Assembly (NCBI GenBank): GCA_963811945.1
Contig: CAWETD010000001.1
Location: 1,500,428 to 1,564,427 of the forward strand
Length of the DNA stretch: 64,000 bases
From: an uncultured Actinomycetota bacterium
GTDB lineage: Bacteria > Actinomycetota > Actinomycetes > Propionibacteriales > Nocardioidaceae
Reading direction: 5' to 3'
Shown here one piece after another: positions 38,214 through 47,183 of this stretch; positions within the stretch are counted from its first letter, which is position 1; each line of letters opens with the position of its first letter. The position numbers and the translations under genes are program-made. The notes beneath the pieces are model-generated. The model saw only the letters and a program-made list of their open reading frames with translations, was not told the origin of the DNA and searched no databases.

Positions 38214-41036
38214 CTATCGGTTCCGGTCGACGAAGAGACGGAAGAAGCGTGCCAACCAGTGTCGAATACGGCCAACGAGCCCCTGCAGCTCGGCGGCCGG
38301 GGTCCCAGAGTGAGGCGGGTTCCTCGTACTCGCGGGAGTGCCGGTCCCCGGACCACGCAGGCCAAGCAGCTCCTCGCGATATTGCTCGGTCCGCGGGTAG
38401 TTGCCGTGGGTGAGCACTTCGACCAGGTAACTGGTCATGTCGATCTCCCGCGCCGTGCGGTCGACGCGGTTGTCGCTCCTGGCGAAGGACCACACCGGGA
38501 ACCCGAGGTAGTCCGTCGGCCGCCAGAGGTTGCGCCACCGGGCCTGGGCCCCCGCGTCGTCCGGCGTCACCGCGAGTAGGCGGGACACCGAACCGTCCGG
38601 GGCCACGGCCGCCGGCTCAGCCCTGCTGGCCGATCCCCACGGATCGCCGGCCCAGAGGCTGGCCGAGCGGACGGCGGGCACACCAAGGACATGCGGCCCG
38701 AGCAGCTCCGGGAAGATGCGACTGAAGTACGCGCGTAGCTGTGAGCCATAAGTCAGCAATGAGACATGCCGGAGCCTTGCACTGCCACCCGCGTCCATTC
38801 GCAGAATGCCGGCCACGGCCAACACACCGCCGAGACTGTGCGCCGACAGGACGACAGCATCGCCACGACGGCGGCTGTCCCCTACCACCGCCGGCACGGC
38901 GCCGGTCTTTTCGTCGGGCGTCGTGTCAAGCCACCACTCGATACGGTCAGTGAGCTCGGGGACCGCGCGCTCGGCATAGCACGGAGGTCCGAACGGGTGC
39001 GCTGCTCGGGGGAGGAAGCACACCAGGTCCCAGATGAGTCCGAGGGGCCGCTTCTTGCCGCTGCCTGCTCCCTTGGCCAGGGCGCTCACCAGTGCCGCAG
39101 CCATCAGCGCGAGCCCGACGGTGCCGAGATCGACGACCCGCTGCCAGGCGACCGCGCCGCCTCGGGAGTCGGCGTACTCGAGGCGTCCCGACGCCGACAG
39201 CGCCACGGCTGCGACGGTGAGAGCCAGGCCCATCAGGACGAGCAGGCCGAAGAGTTTCTCGGCCCGGTGCGCCGCCCGGGCGAAGCGCCGACTCCGTCGC
39301 ACGCCGTGCGCCCCCGGCTCCCCGGCAGGGGGTACGTGCCGCCCCACGACGTACGCGGTGAGCAGTGCGAGGACGACGACGACGAGCGCGACCAGGGTGG
39401 CGATCCCCAGCAGCACGTAAGGCAGGGGCACGGTGAGCAACGGGTCTGGGGCAGGGCACGGGTTGCCGCACACGTCCAGCAGATCCGGTGCGACTGGCGT
39501 CGCGTCTGCCTTGGGGAGCAGCGTGCGTGCGCCCTTCGTCCCGTTCAGCCAGTCGCCCAGGCCGAGCACCAGCAGCGATGACAACAACCCTGCGGCGACG
39601 ACGGCAGCACCGAGGAACATGCCCGGTGCGGTCCCTGCCCACGCCTGGTACGTGGTCTCGCGCCCTCCCACGAGCCGCCGCAGGCAGACGACCGCGGCTA
39701 CGACCGCCAACGCCACGCATGCACCCAGCCACGCAAACTCGGACCACTGCGTCAGTAGCACCGACGCAGCCAGCAGCAGACCCGCGCCGGCACCCAGCCA
39801 GGACAGGCCCGACCCCAGTCGGAGCAGCATCGCCCAGAGCACCAGACCCAGCAGCACGGCCAGCACGGCGGTGGGCAAGGTGCTGACACCCAGCAGCGCG
39901 GACTGCCCGGACTGCAAGGGCTCCACCACCCCTTCTCCGGTCTCCAGCACCGGACGGACCGACACCATTGCCACGCCGGTCCCAAGCAGCACTAGCACCG
40001 CGGTGCCGAGCAGCAACGACGTTCCCCTTCTGGGGCGGTCCGGCAAATCGGGCGCGTCGGTGGCCCGGCGGACGGTGACGAACAACGCCAGGAGAAGGAC
40101 GGCCACTGATCCGATCACGCAAGCGCCGATGATCCAGGATTCGGTACCGCGCCCCCATGCCTGGTCCCGGCACTCGGCCGTCGCCAACACATCGACACTT
40201 GCGCAGTCGGGGCCGGTGCCGAACAGGGCCGGCCAGCCGAGGGCGAGCGCCACGACACCGAAGCCGGTCGCCAGGTGACAGTGCGCAAGCGCGCCGACCA
40301 TCCGGTCACCGGCCCAGAAGCTCGGACCTTGCAGGGGTGACCCGACGACGGCCGCAGGTGACTGCCGAACCTGATAATTGCCGACGACCCGTTCGTAACG
40401 CGCCCGGGTGACGACCGACAGGTACCAGAGGCCGCACAGGACGACGACCGGCACGAGCGACAACGCGGCCAGGCGCACCGCCAGGGAGTGGGCGGCGAGG
40501 CTGTCGAACCAACCGGGCAGCCGACCGCACACCCGCTCGCCCTCGTCGTAGCACTGCGTCGCCACGAGGTCGAGGCTCAGCTCACACAGCGCGACGACCA
40601 TGAACGCGGTCAGCACCAGGCCTGCGACACGCAGCGTCCACGCGCCGCTCCGTACGGGCCTGTCCTCGACCCGCCGCGACCAGTACGCGACGTTGGCCAA
40701 GCCGAACGGAAGCAGCAGGGTCCAGCCGATCGTGCTCAGTACGCCGATCGCCTTGCCGAGCGCGCCCACGTCACCACCCGGCGTCATGCGTGCGAGGCCA
40801 CCCCATGAGTACGCCTCCCGGGTGATCCCGGGCGGGACCCGGCCGCGGTCTTCCTCGCCGGGCGCACCGCGCGGATCCTTCGGCCGCCAGAACCCGGCGT
40901 ACGTGTCGCCGAGCACCTCGTCAACCTTGTCGGGGTCGAGGTCCAGCATCGCCGCCGGCGTCGTGTTGTTGACACCGTGGATGCGCAGCTCGAGGACGAC
41001 GTCCTCGTTCGTTGGTGCACCCCTGTCGTCGACCAT
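38214..41036 (-). CDS. Polytopic (about 13 TM) membrane protein with lipase-like alpha/beta-hydrolase motifs split between the N- and C-termini (about 940 aa; alternative start at 41066)
   Basis: N-terminal LELRIHGVNN...REAYSWGG, then about 13 hydrophobic helices. The C-terminal part carries VLSAHSLGG (GxSxG), WRPTDYLGFP and VLTHGNY, a candidate Ser/Asp/His triad. Confidence 0.75.
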   Translation of the reverse strand: MVDDRGAPTNEDVVLELRIHGVNNTTPAAMLDLDPDKVDEVLGDTYAGFWRPKDPRGAPGEEDRGRVPPGITREAYSWGGLARMTPGGDVGALGKAIGVLSTIGWTLLLPFGLANVAYWSRRVEDRPVRSGAWTLRVAGLVLTAFMVVALCELSLDLVATQCYDEGERVCGRLPGWFDSLAAHSLAVRLAALSLVPVVVLCGLWYLSVVTRARYERVVGNYQVRQSPAAVVGSPLQGPSFWAGDRMVGALAHCHLATGFGVVALALGWPALFGTGPDCASVDVLATAECRDQAWGRGTESWIIGACVIGSVAVLLLALFVTVRRATDAPDLPDRPRRGTSLLLGTAVLVLLGTGVAMVSVRPVLETGEGVVEPLQSGQSALLGVSTLPTAVLAVLLGLVLWAMLLRLGSGLSWLGAGAGLLLAASVLLTQWSEFAWLGACVALAVVAAVVCLRRLVGGRETTYQAWAGTAPGMFLGAAVVAAGLLSSLLVLGLGDWLNGTKGARTLLPKADATPVAPDLLDVCGNPCPAPDPLLTVPLPYVLLGIATLVALVVVVLALLTAYVVGRHVPPAGEPGAHGVRRSRRFARAAHRAEKLFGLLVLMGLALTVAAVALSASGRLEYADSRGGAVAWQRVVDLGTVGLALMAAALVSALAKGAGSGKKRPLGLIWDLVCFLPRAAHPFGPPCYAERAVPELTDRIEWWLDTTPDEKTGAVPAVVGDSRRRGDAVVLSAHSLGGVLAVAGILRMDAGGSARLRHVSLLTYGSQLRAYFSRIFPELLGPHVLGVPAVRSASLWAGDPWGSASRAEPAAVAPDGSVSRLLAVTPDDAGAQARWRNLWRPTDYLGFPVWSFARSDNRVDRTAREIDMTSYLVEVLTHGNYPRTEQYREELLGLRGPGTGTPASTRNPPHSGTPAAELQGLVGRIRHWLARFFRLFVDRNR

Positions 41037-41096
41037 CGGCACCCCCGCGCACTGTGGTGCCGCCATCCAACACCCGGCGGAAACGACCAGGGAGCG

Positions 41097-43250
41097 TTAT
41101 GGCGAAACGGACGCGTGCCGGCCAATCGTGCGGCCCGCCCACCCGGTGCCGGGGCGGCCGAGCAGGAAGCCCTGCGCACAGCCGATGCCGAGGGTGCGCA
41201 GGTGGTCGAGGTCTTCCTGCTTCTCGACGCCCTCCGCGCACACCAGCACACCGAGGATGTCGGCGTACGCGACCAGCGCGCTGATGACCGCGCTCCGGCC
41301 GGTGTCGCGTGCGCAGCCGTCCACCAGGCCACGGTCGATCTTGATGATGTCGGGACGCAGCCGCGCGAGCCGGTTGAGCTCGGCGGCTCCCGAGCCGAGG
41401 TCGTCCAGTGCGATGCGGGCACCGCGGCTTCGGGCCCGGTCGACGATGGTGACGAGCGCGTCGGCGGTGAGCGAGTCGGGTTCCTCAGACAGCTCGACCA
41501 CGATGCCGCGCAGGTCGCGCGGCGCCGCTGCCCAGAAGCGTTCGGAGCGCAGCGCGGTCGCGGAGGCGTTCACGAACAGCTCACCCTCGGCCGGCCGGCC
41601 CGGTAGCGCTACCGCGGCCCGGATGGCCGCGGCCTCGAGCAGGTCGCCGTACCCGCGCTCGTGCGCGACCCGGAACACCTGGGACACGTCGGTGCCCGCG
41701 TTGGCGAACCGGCACAGCGCCTCGTGGCCGATGACCGCTCCGGTGTGCATGTCGACGAGCGGCTGCACGACGATCCGGAAGGGGGGCATCTCCGCGCCGG
41801 CCAGCGGGTCCTCGATGCCGCCGCGGTGCACGACCACCCGGTCGCGGCCGTTGCGCTTGGCGGTGTAGAGGGCGTCGTCGGCGCGTGCAACCGCCTGACC
41901 GGGGTCGAGGTCGGGGTCCCATGCGGCGACGCCGGCGGAGAAGGTCTGCCCCTGCGGGGTCACGGCCCGCAACCCATCGAGGACCAGCGCCGCTTCCTCG
42001 ATCGTGTGACCGGGCAGCAGCACGGTGAACTCCTCGCCGCCGTAACGGGCGAGCATGCCCCGGTCGCCGAGGGCGTCGGTCCACGCGGCGACCGACTCGC
42101 GCAGCACCAGGTCGCCTGCCTGGTGACCGTGCGCGTCGTTGAACAGCTTGAAGTGGTCCAGGTCGAGGATGGCGACGCACAGTGGTTCGTCGTCGTCGCG
42201 GCTGGTGCGGCAGGCCCGCGACAGCTCGTGGTCCCAGGTACGCCGGTTGGGCGCACCGGTGAGCGCGTCCGACCGGGCCAGAGCCGCGAGCTGGATCGCC
42301 TGCACCTGCACGACGTCGAGCAGACCTGACATCCGCATCACGACGAGGACCGACAGCGCGACGGCACCGACGCTGACCACCGGCCACGCGATCCCCTGAC
42401 CGTTGATCCCGTCTATCACCAGCGCGACGCCGGGCAGCACGAGTCCGGCGGAGAGCGTGACCAGGCGGCGGCGCGGCGCGACCACCTGTTCACGGTCGGG
42501 AGTGGGCTCGCCCAGCGTGCGCATCGACGACACCGAGGCAGACGCGGCGACGATCACGTACACGAGCAGCCACAGGCCGTCCATCCATCGCGGTGGCGCG
42601 ATGGCGAGCAGCGACGTCACGGTGAACGCGATGTCTCCTGCCAGCGCGGAGCCGAGCGCCAGCGCCAGCAGCCGGTACGACGTCGTGGCGGCGCCGTGTG
42701 ATGACCACAGCCGGGCGGCCATCGCGAGCAGCAGCACGTCGGCGATCGGGTACGCCGATCCGGCGATCTTGGCCAGCATGTTCTGCGTCGAGTCGAAGGC
42801 CAGCGGCTCGATCACGGTGACGACCGCCAGCACGGCAGCACCCGTCGCGACGATCGAGGCGTCGAGCAGGGTCGTCCGGTCGGTCGAGCCGCGTCGGGTA
42901 CGGACCATGAGCAGCAGCCCAGCGGCCAGCAGCACGTAGCCGGAGAGGTAGACGGCGTCGGAGGGTGCCGGGAACAACGCGAGTCCCAGCAGGTGGTTCT
43001 CGACCGTCCACACCAGCTCGCCCAGCACCCAGCAGGCGAACCCGCTCACGATGAGCAGCCAGCCGGCCCGGCGGTAGGGGCGGTGCTTGATGATCCCGGC
43101 GTAGGCGACGGCGATCGAGCCGACGGCGACGATGTCGTACAAGATGGTGAGGTCGCGGCTGTCCCAGGGCAGCACCAGATAGGCCAGCGCCGCGAGCAGC
43201 AGCACGCCCAGAACGGCACACTGTGCCCGGGTCAGTTCACGCACCGCCAC
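41097..43250 (-). CDS. Membrane-anchored GGDEF-EAL protein (diguanylate cyclase/phosphodiesterase), paralog 1
   Basis: GTG 43250 (VAVRELTRAQ...). It has an N-terminal multi-TM domain, the GGDEF-domain motif RYGGEEF, and the EAL-domain motifs GHEALCRF and ALDDLGSG. Confidence 0.9.
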   Translation of the reverse strand: MAVRELTRAQCAVLGVLLLAALAYLVLPWDSRDLTILYDIVAVGSIAVAYAGIIKHRPYRRAGWLLIVSGFACWVLGELVWTVENHLLGLALFPAPSDAVYLSGYVLLAAGLLLMVRTRRGSTDRTTLLDASIVATGAAVLAVVTVIEPLAFDSTQNMLAKIAGSAYPIADVLLLAMAARLWSSHGAATTSYRLLALALGSALAGDIAFTVTSLLAIAPPRWMDGLWLLVYVIVAASASVSSMRTLGEPTPDREQVVAPRRRLVTLSAGLVLPGVALVIDGINGQGIAWPVVSVGAVALSVLVVMRMSGLLDVVQVQAIQLAALARSDALTGAPNRRTWDHELSRACRTSRDDDEPLCVAILDLDHFKLFNDAHGHQAGDLVLRESVAAWTDALGDRGMLARYGGEEFTVLLPGHTIEEAALVLDGLRAVTPQGQTFSAGVAAWDPDLDPGQAVARADDALYTAKRNGRDRVVVHRGGIEDPLAGAEMPPFRIVVQPLVDMHTGAVIGHEALCRFANAGTDVSQVFRVAHERGYGDLLEAAAIRAAVALPGRPAEGELFVNASATALRSERFWAAAPRDLRGIVVELSEEPDSLTADALVTIVDRARSRGARIALDDLGSGAAELNRLARLRPDIIKIDRGLVDGCARDTGRSAVISALVAYADILGVLVCAEGVEKQEDLDHLRTLGIGCAQGFLLGRPGTGWAGRTIGRHASVSP
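41108..41153 (+). repeat. Direct repeat Z' (it forms the last ~16 codons of GGDEF-EAL paralog 1)
   Basis: See repeat Z. Confidence 0.8.
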
Positions 43251-43347
43251 AGCGTACGAGCGGCCCGATGGAACACCCGCCGTTTCGCACGAGGACTGGG
43301 CCGAACGGCCCGCGATCGAACCTGTCCGTCGGATGTCGCCTGTCCGG

Positions 43348-44529
43348 TCAGACCAGCGACAACGTGCGCAGCACGACCCGAGCCGCCTCGCCGCCCTCGG
43401 CCTCGGCCACGTCGAGCGCACCGGGCACGTCGAGGTCGTCCAGCAGTCGCTCGGCGGCCGCCGACGTCGCAGCCGTCGTCGACGACGAGCGACCGGCGGC
43501 GGCGTACAACCGTTCGAGCCGCGCCCCCGCCGCGGTCACGTCGTCGTACCGGTACTCCCACCGCGCCGACCAGGGCCGGTCGAGCAGCAGCAGCCGGACG
43601 GCCGCGGGCGGGTGGTCGGCGAGCAGGTCGCTCACGAGGGTGAGGTTGCCGGTCGACTTCGCCATCTTGGCGCCGTCCTGGTGCACCGCACCCACGTGCA
43701 TCTGCCGACGGGCGAACGGCTCGCCAGCGGTGGCGGCCGCCACCATGGCGCTCTGGTACGCATGGTGCGGGAACGTGAGGTCGTCGCCGCCGACGAGCAC
43801 GTCGACGCGGCCACCGAGCACGGCGAGTCCCATCGCCGCGCACTCGGCGTGCCATCCCGGCCGGCCCCAGCCCCACGGGCTCGGCCACGCCGGGTCGAAC
43901 TCGTCGGAGGGCCGCCACACGGCCACGTCGAACGGGTCGTCCTTCGCGTCGTCGTCGGGCGCGTCGCCGTACTCGCGGGACAGCGTAAGCGCCTGCTCCC
44001 TGTCGAGTCCCGACCCCGCGACGGCGTCGGCGCCGCGGAACCACACGTAGCCGTCCCGTGCGTACGCGTGCCCTGACGCCAACAGGGCCGCACCGAGCTG
44101 CAGCACGTGGCCGACGTGGTGGCGGGCCCGCGGCTCGTGGTCGGGCCGGCGGACCGCGAGCTGTCCCATGTGCTGGGTGAACAGGTACTCCTGGCCGAGC
44201 GCGAACTCGTCGTAGTGCCGCCCGCGCGTCTCGGCGGCGCGGGTGAGGACGTCGTCGACGTCGGTGATGTTGCGGCACACCTCCGGCTCGACGCCGGTCG
44301 TGCGGATCACCGAGGCGAGGGTGTCGGCCCAGACGAACGTCGCCGCGTGACCGAGGTGGGTGACGTCGTAGGGCGTGATGCCGCAGACGTACAGCCGGGC
44401 CGTGCCGACCAGCGGCAGCGGTGCCCCGGCGAGCCGCAGCTCGGCTGACCGGATCTGGGTGTCGTCGGGCCCGCCCAGCCGGCCCTCGAGACCGACGACC
44501 CCGGACGGTGGTGCGACATAGCGGCTCAC
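43348..44529 (-). CDS. mshC: L-cysteine:1D-myo-inositol 2-amino-2-deoxy-alpha-D-glucopyranoside ligase (mycothiol ligase)
   Basis: Class-I aaRS-like features are present: YVCGITPYDVTHLGHAATF (HIGH-type), KMAKSTGN (KMSKS-type) and GWHAECAAM. Overall it resembles MshC rather than CysS. Confidence 0.8.
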   Translation of the reverse strand: MSRYVAPPSGVVGLEGRLGGPDDTQIRSAELRLAGAPLPLVGTARLYVCGITPYDVTHLGHAATFVWADTLASVIRTTGVEPEVCRNITDVDDVLTRAAETRGRHYDEFALGQEYLFTQHMGQLAVRRPDHEPRARHHVGHVLQLGAALLASGHAYARDGYVWFRGADAVAGSGLDREQALTLSREYGDAPDDDAKDDPFDVAVWRPSDEFDPAWPSPWGWGRPGWHAECAAMGLAVLGGRVDVLVGGDDLTFPHHAYQSAMVAAATAGEPFARRQMHVGAVHQDGAKMAKSTGNLTLVSDLLADHPPAAVRLLLLDRPWSARWEYRYDDVTAAGARLERLYAAAGRSSSTTAATSAAAERLLDDLDVPGALDVAEAEGGEAARVVLRTLSLV

Positions 44530-45683
44530 CCCGCCGATGATGCCAGGGTGAGGTCGAGGGTGCGGCGGACCAGCCGACCCACCTCGTCGGTCTCGATCAG
44601 GAAGCCGTCATGCCCGTACGGCGACTTCACCACCTCGAGCCCGGAGCACCCGGGGAGCGCCTGTGCGAGCAGGGCCTGCTGCTCCAGCGGGTAGAGCCGG
44701 TCGGAGTCGATGCCCGCGACCACGGCGGGCACCGCGCAGCCGGCCAGCACCGCGGCGACGTCTCCGCGCCCGCGGCCCACGTCGTGGGTGTCCATCGCCT
44801 CCGTCAGCGCGACGTACGTGCCGGCATCGAAGCGATGGGCCAGCTTGTCGGCGTGGTGGTCGAGGTAGGACTGCACCGCGAACCGGCCGCCGCGCAGCGG
44901 GTCCTCGCCCGGCTGTGGCTGGTGCCCGAACCGCTCCTCCAGCTCGAAGCCGGAGCGGTACGTCAGGTGCGCGATCCGCCTGGCGACGCCCATGCCGACG
45001 ACAGGTCCCACGTCGTCCTCGTGGTAGTCGCCGCCGAACCAGCGCGGGTCGGCGCGGATGGCGCTCACCTGCGCGTGCTGGGTGCCCAGCTGGTCGGCGC
45101 TGGTCACCGCCGTCGCCGCCAGCACCAGCATCGACGCGAGTCGCCCGGGGTACGTCAACGCCCACTCGAGCGCCCGCATGCCGCCCATGGACCCACCCAG
45201 CACCGAGGCGAACCGTTCGATGCCGAGGTGGTCGGCCACCCGCCGCTCGACCTCGACCTGGTCGCGCACGGTGATCGGGCCGAACCGGGACCCGAGTGGT
45301 CGGCCGTCGGCGCCGGGTGACGCCGGCCCGGTCGTGCCCTGGCAGCCGCCGAGCACGTTGGTCGCGACCGCGAACCACCGGTCGGTGTCGAGCCCGCGGC
45401 CCGGTCCCACCAACCCGTCCCACCAGCCCGGCGAGGGCTGGCCCGGGCCTGCCGGTCCGGCCACGTGCGCGTCACCGGTCAGCGCGTGCTCCACCAGCAC
45501 GGCGTTGGTGATCGCGCCGTGACGACGTACGGGCTCGCCCCAGGTCTCGTACGCGACCCGCACCTGCTCGACCGAGCCGCCGAGCTCCAGGTCGAGCCGG
45601 CCCACGTCGACGAACCGGCGACCCGCGACCGGGTCGCCCTCGCGCCACGCCCCCGACACCGGGGGCGTGGTCCCGTCAGGCAC
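44526..45683 (-). CDS. metX: Homoserine O-acetyltransferase
   Basis: NAVLVEHALTGDAHV, VATNVLGGCQGTTGP and the VLGGSMGGMRALEW nucleophile elbow. Confidence 0.9.
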   Translation of the reverse strand: MPDGTTPPVSGAWREGDPVAGRRFVDVGRLDLELGGSVEQVRVAYETWGEPVRRHGAITNAVLVEHALTGDAHVAGPAGPGQPSPGWWDGLVGPGRGLDTDRWFAVATNVLGGCQGTTGPASPGADGRPLGSRFGPITVRDQVEVERRVADHLGIERFASVLGGSMGGMRALEWALTYPGRLASMLVLAATAVTSADQLGTQHAQVSAIRADPRWFGGDYHEDDVGPVVGMGVARRIAHLTYRSGFELEERFGHQPQPGEDPLRGGRFAVQSYLDHHADKLAHRFDAGTYVALTEAMDTHDVGRGRGDVAAVLAGCAVPAVVAGIDSDRLYPLEQQALLAQALPGCSGLEVVKSPYGHDGFLIETDEVGRLVRRTLDLTLASSAG

Positions 45684-46992
45684 CCTTCGCCGCGCGGAAG
45701 CCCGCCTCCAGGTCGGCCAGGATGTCGTCGATGCCCTCCAGCCCCACCGCGAGGCGCACCAGCCCCGGCGTCACGCCGGTGCTGATCTGCTCCTCGGGCG
45801 ACAGCTGGGAGTGCGTCGTCGACGCGGGGTGGATGACCAGGCTGCGCACGTCACCGATGTTCGCCACGTGGCTGTGCAGCTCCAGCGCTTCGACGAACCG
45901 CTTGCCGGCGTCGAGGCCGCCCGCGATCTCGAAGGCCAGCACGCCTCCGGCGCCGAGCGGCACGTACTTGTCGGCGCGCGCCTTCCACGGGCTGCTGGCG
46001 AGGCCCGCGTAGTTGACGCTCTCGACCTCGGCACGCCCCTCGAGCCACTCGGCCACGCGCAGCGCACTGTCGCTGTGCCGCTGCACCCGCAGGCTCAGCG
46101 TCTCGAGGCCCTGGGAGAGCAGGAACGCATTGAACGGCGCGATCGCCGGGCCGATGTCGCGCAGCAGCTGCACCCGCGCCTTGAGGATGAACGACAGGTT
46201 GGCACCCAGCGGGGAGCCGACCCCGAGGTCACGCGCGTAGACCAGACCGTTGTAGCTCGGGTCGGGCTGGTTGAAGCCGGGGAACTTCTCCGGGTCGGCC
46301 GCGTAGTCGAAGCGGCCGGCGTCGACGATCACGCCGCCGATCGCCGTGCCGTGCCCGCCGAGGTACTTCGTCGCCGAGTGCACGATGATGTCGGCACCCC
46401 ACTCGATCGGGCGGGAGAGGTACGGGCTCGGCACGGTGTTGTCGACGACCAGCGGAACTCCCGCGTCGTGCGCGACCCTGGCGACGGCCTCGATGTCGAG
46501 CACGTCGATCTGCGGGTTGGAGATGGTCTCGGCGAACAACGCCTTGGTGTTCGGCCGCACCGCCGAACGCCACGCGTCGAGGTCGTCAGGGTCGTCGACG
46601 AAGCTGACGTCGATGCCCAGCTTGGGGAACGTGTAGTGGAACAAGTTGTACGTGCCGCCGTAGAGCCGTGCGCTGGAGATGAGGTGGTCGCCGGCCTGGG
46701 CCAGGTTGAGCAGTGCCAGCGTCTCGGCGGACTGTCCGCTGGCGGTGAGCAGCGCCCCGACACCGCCCTCCAGGGACGCGAGCCGGTCCTCGACCGTGGC
46801 CGTGGTCGGGTTCATGATCCGGGTGTAGATGTTGCCGAACTCCTTCAGCGCGAAGAGGTCGGCGGCGTGGTCGGTGCTGTCGAACGTGTACGACGTGGTC
46901 TGGTAGATCGGCAGGGCACGCGCGTTGGTCTGGGCGTCGGGCGCCTGCCCGGCGTGGATCTGGCGGGTCTCGAAGGACCAGGCATCGTTCAT
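45676..46992 (-). CDS. metY: O-acetylhomoserine sulfhydrylase (aminocarboxypropyltransferase)
   Basis: FETRQIHAGQ...PIYQTTSYTF...NIYTRIMNPT, plus the PLP site HSATKYLGGHG. Confidence 0.9.
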   Translation of the reverse strand: MNDAWSFETRQIHAGQAPDAQTNARALPIYQTTSYTFDSTDHAADLFALKEFGNIYTRIMNPTTATVEDRLASLEGGVGALLTASGQSAETLALLNLAQAGDHLISSARLYGGTYNLFHYTFPKLGIDVSFVDDPDDLDAWRSAVRPNTKALFAETISNPQIDVLDIEAVARVAHDAGVPLVVDNTVPSPYLSRPIEWGADIIVHSATKYLGGHGTAIGGVIVDAGRFDYAADPEKFPGFNQPDPSYNGLVYARDLGVGSPLGANLSFILKARVQLLRDIGPAIAPFNAFLLSQGLETLSLRVQRHSDSALRVAEWLEGRAEVESVNYAGLASSPWKARADKYVPLGAGGVLAFEIAGGLDAGKRFVEALELHSHVANIGDVRSLVIHPASTTHSQLSPEEQISTGVTPGLVRLAVGLEGIDDILADLEAGFRAAKGA

Positions 46993-47083
46993 CGGTCGAG
47001 GCTCCTTCTCGCAGCAGTTCAGTGCACATTAGCCAGATGGCGGCTGTTGAGGGCAGTCCTCCGGCATGTGGGACGAGGCTGCT

Positions 47084-47151
47084 GGTTTCGCAAGTGCCCT
47101 TGCGAAAGCCGCGCTTCCCCCCGGTTATTGCCCGGGGGAACTGCGGCTTTT
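47084..47151. repeat. Two-hairpin repeat element, copy A (between the Clp_N gene and metY)
   Basis: Hairpin 1 is GGTTTCGCAAG-TGCC-CTTGCGAAAGCC and hairpin 2 is CCCCCGG-TTATTGC-CCGGGGG. AAAGCCGC and GCGGCTTT could form an outer stem. Confidence 0.8.
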
Positions 47152-47183
47152 GCGGGGCGGCGGCCGTGGAACGGCGCGATCGC

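Noticed and set aside
38259-38579. Small plus-strand ORFs in the 38.1-38.6 kb region and the many 60-120-aa ORFs throughout
   Set aside because: They overlap stronger genes on the opposite strand or in other frames, and their Arg/Pro-rich composition is typical of spurious high-GC ORFs.
43251-43347. Short similarity (gggccgaacggc) between the upstream regions of the two GGDEF-EAL paralogs (43251-43347 versus 50090-50160)
   Set aside because: Only about 12 nt are shared, which is too short to call a conserved regulatory element without statistics.
46993-47183. A SAM-IV or other SAM riboswitch upstream of metY
   Set aside because: I did not find the conserved core sequences by eye on the coding strand. 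This needs a cmsearch to be certain.
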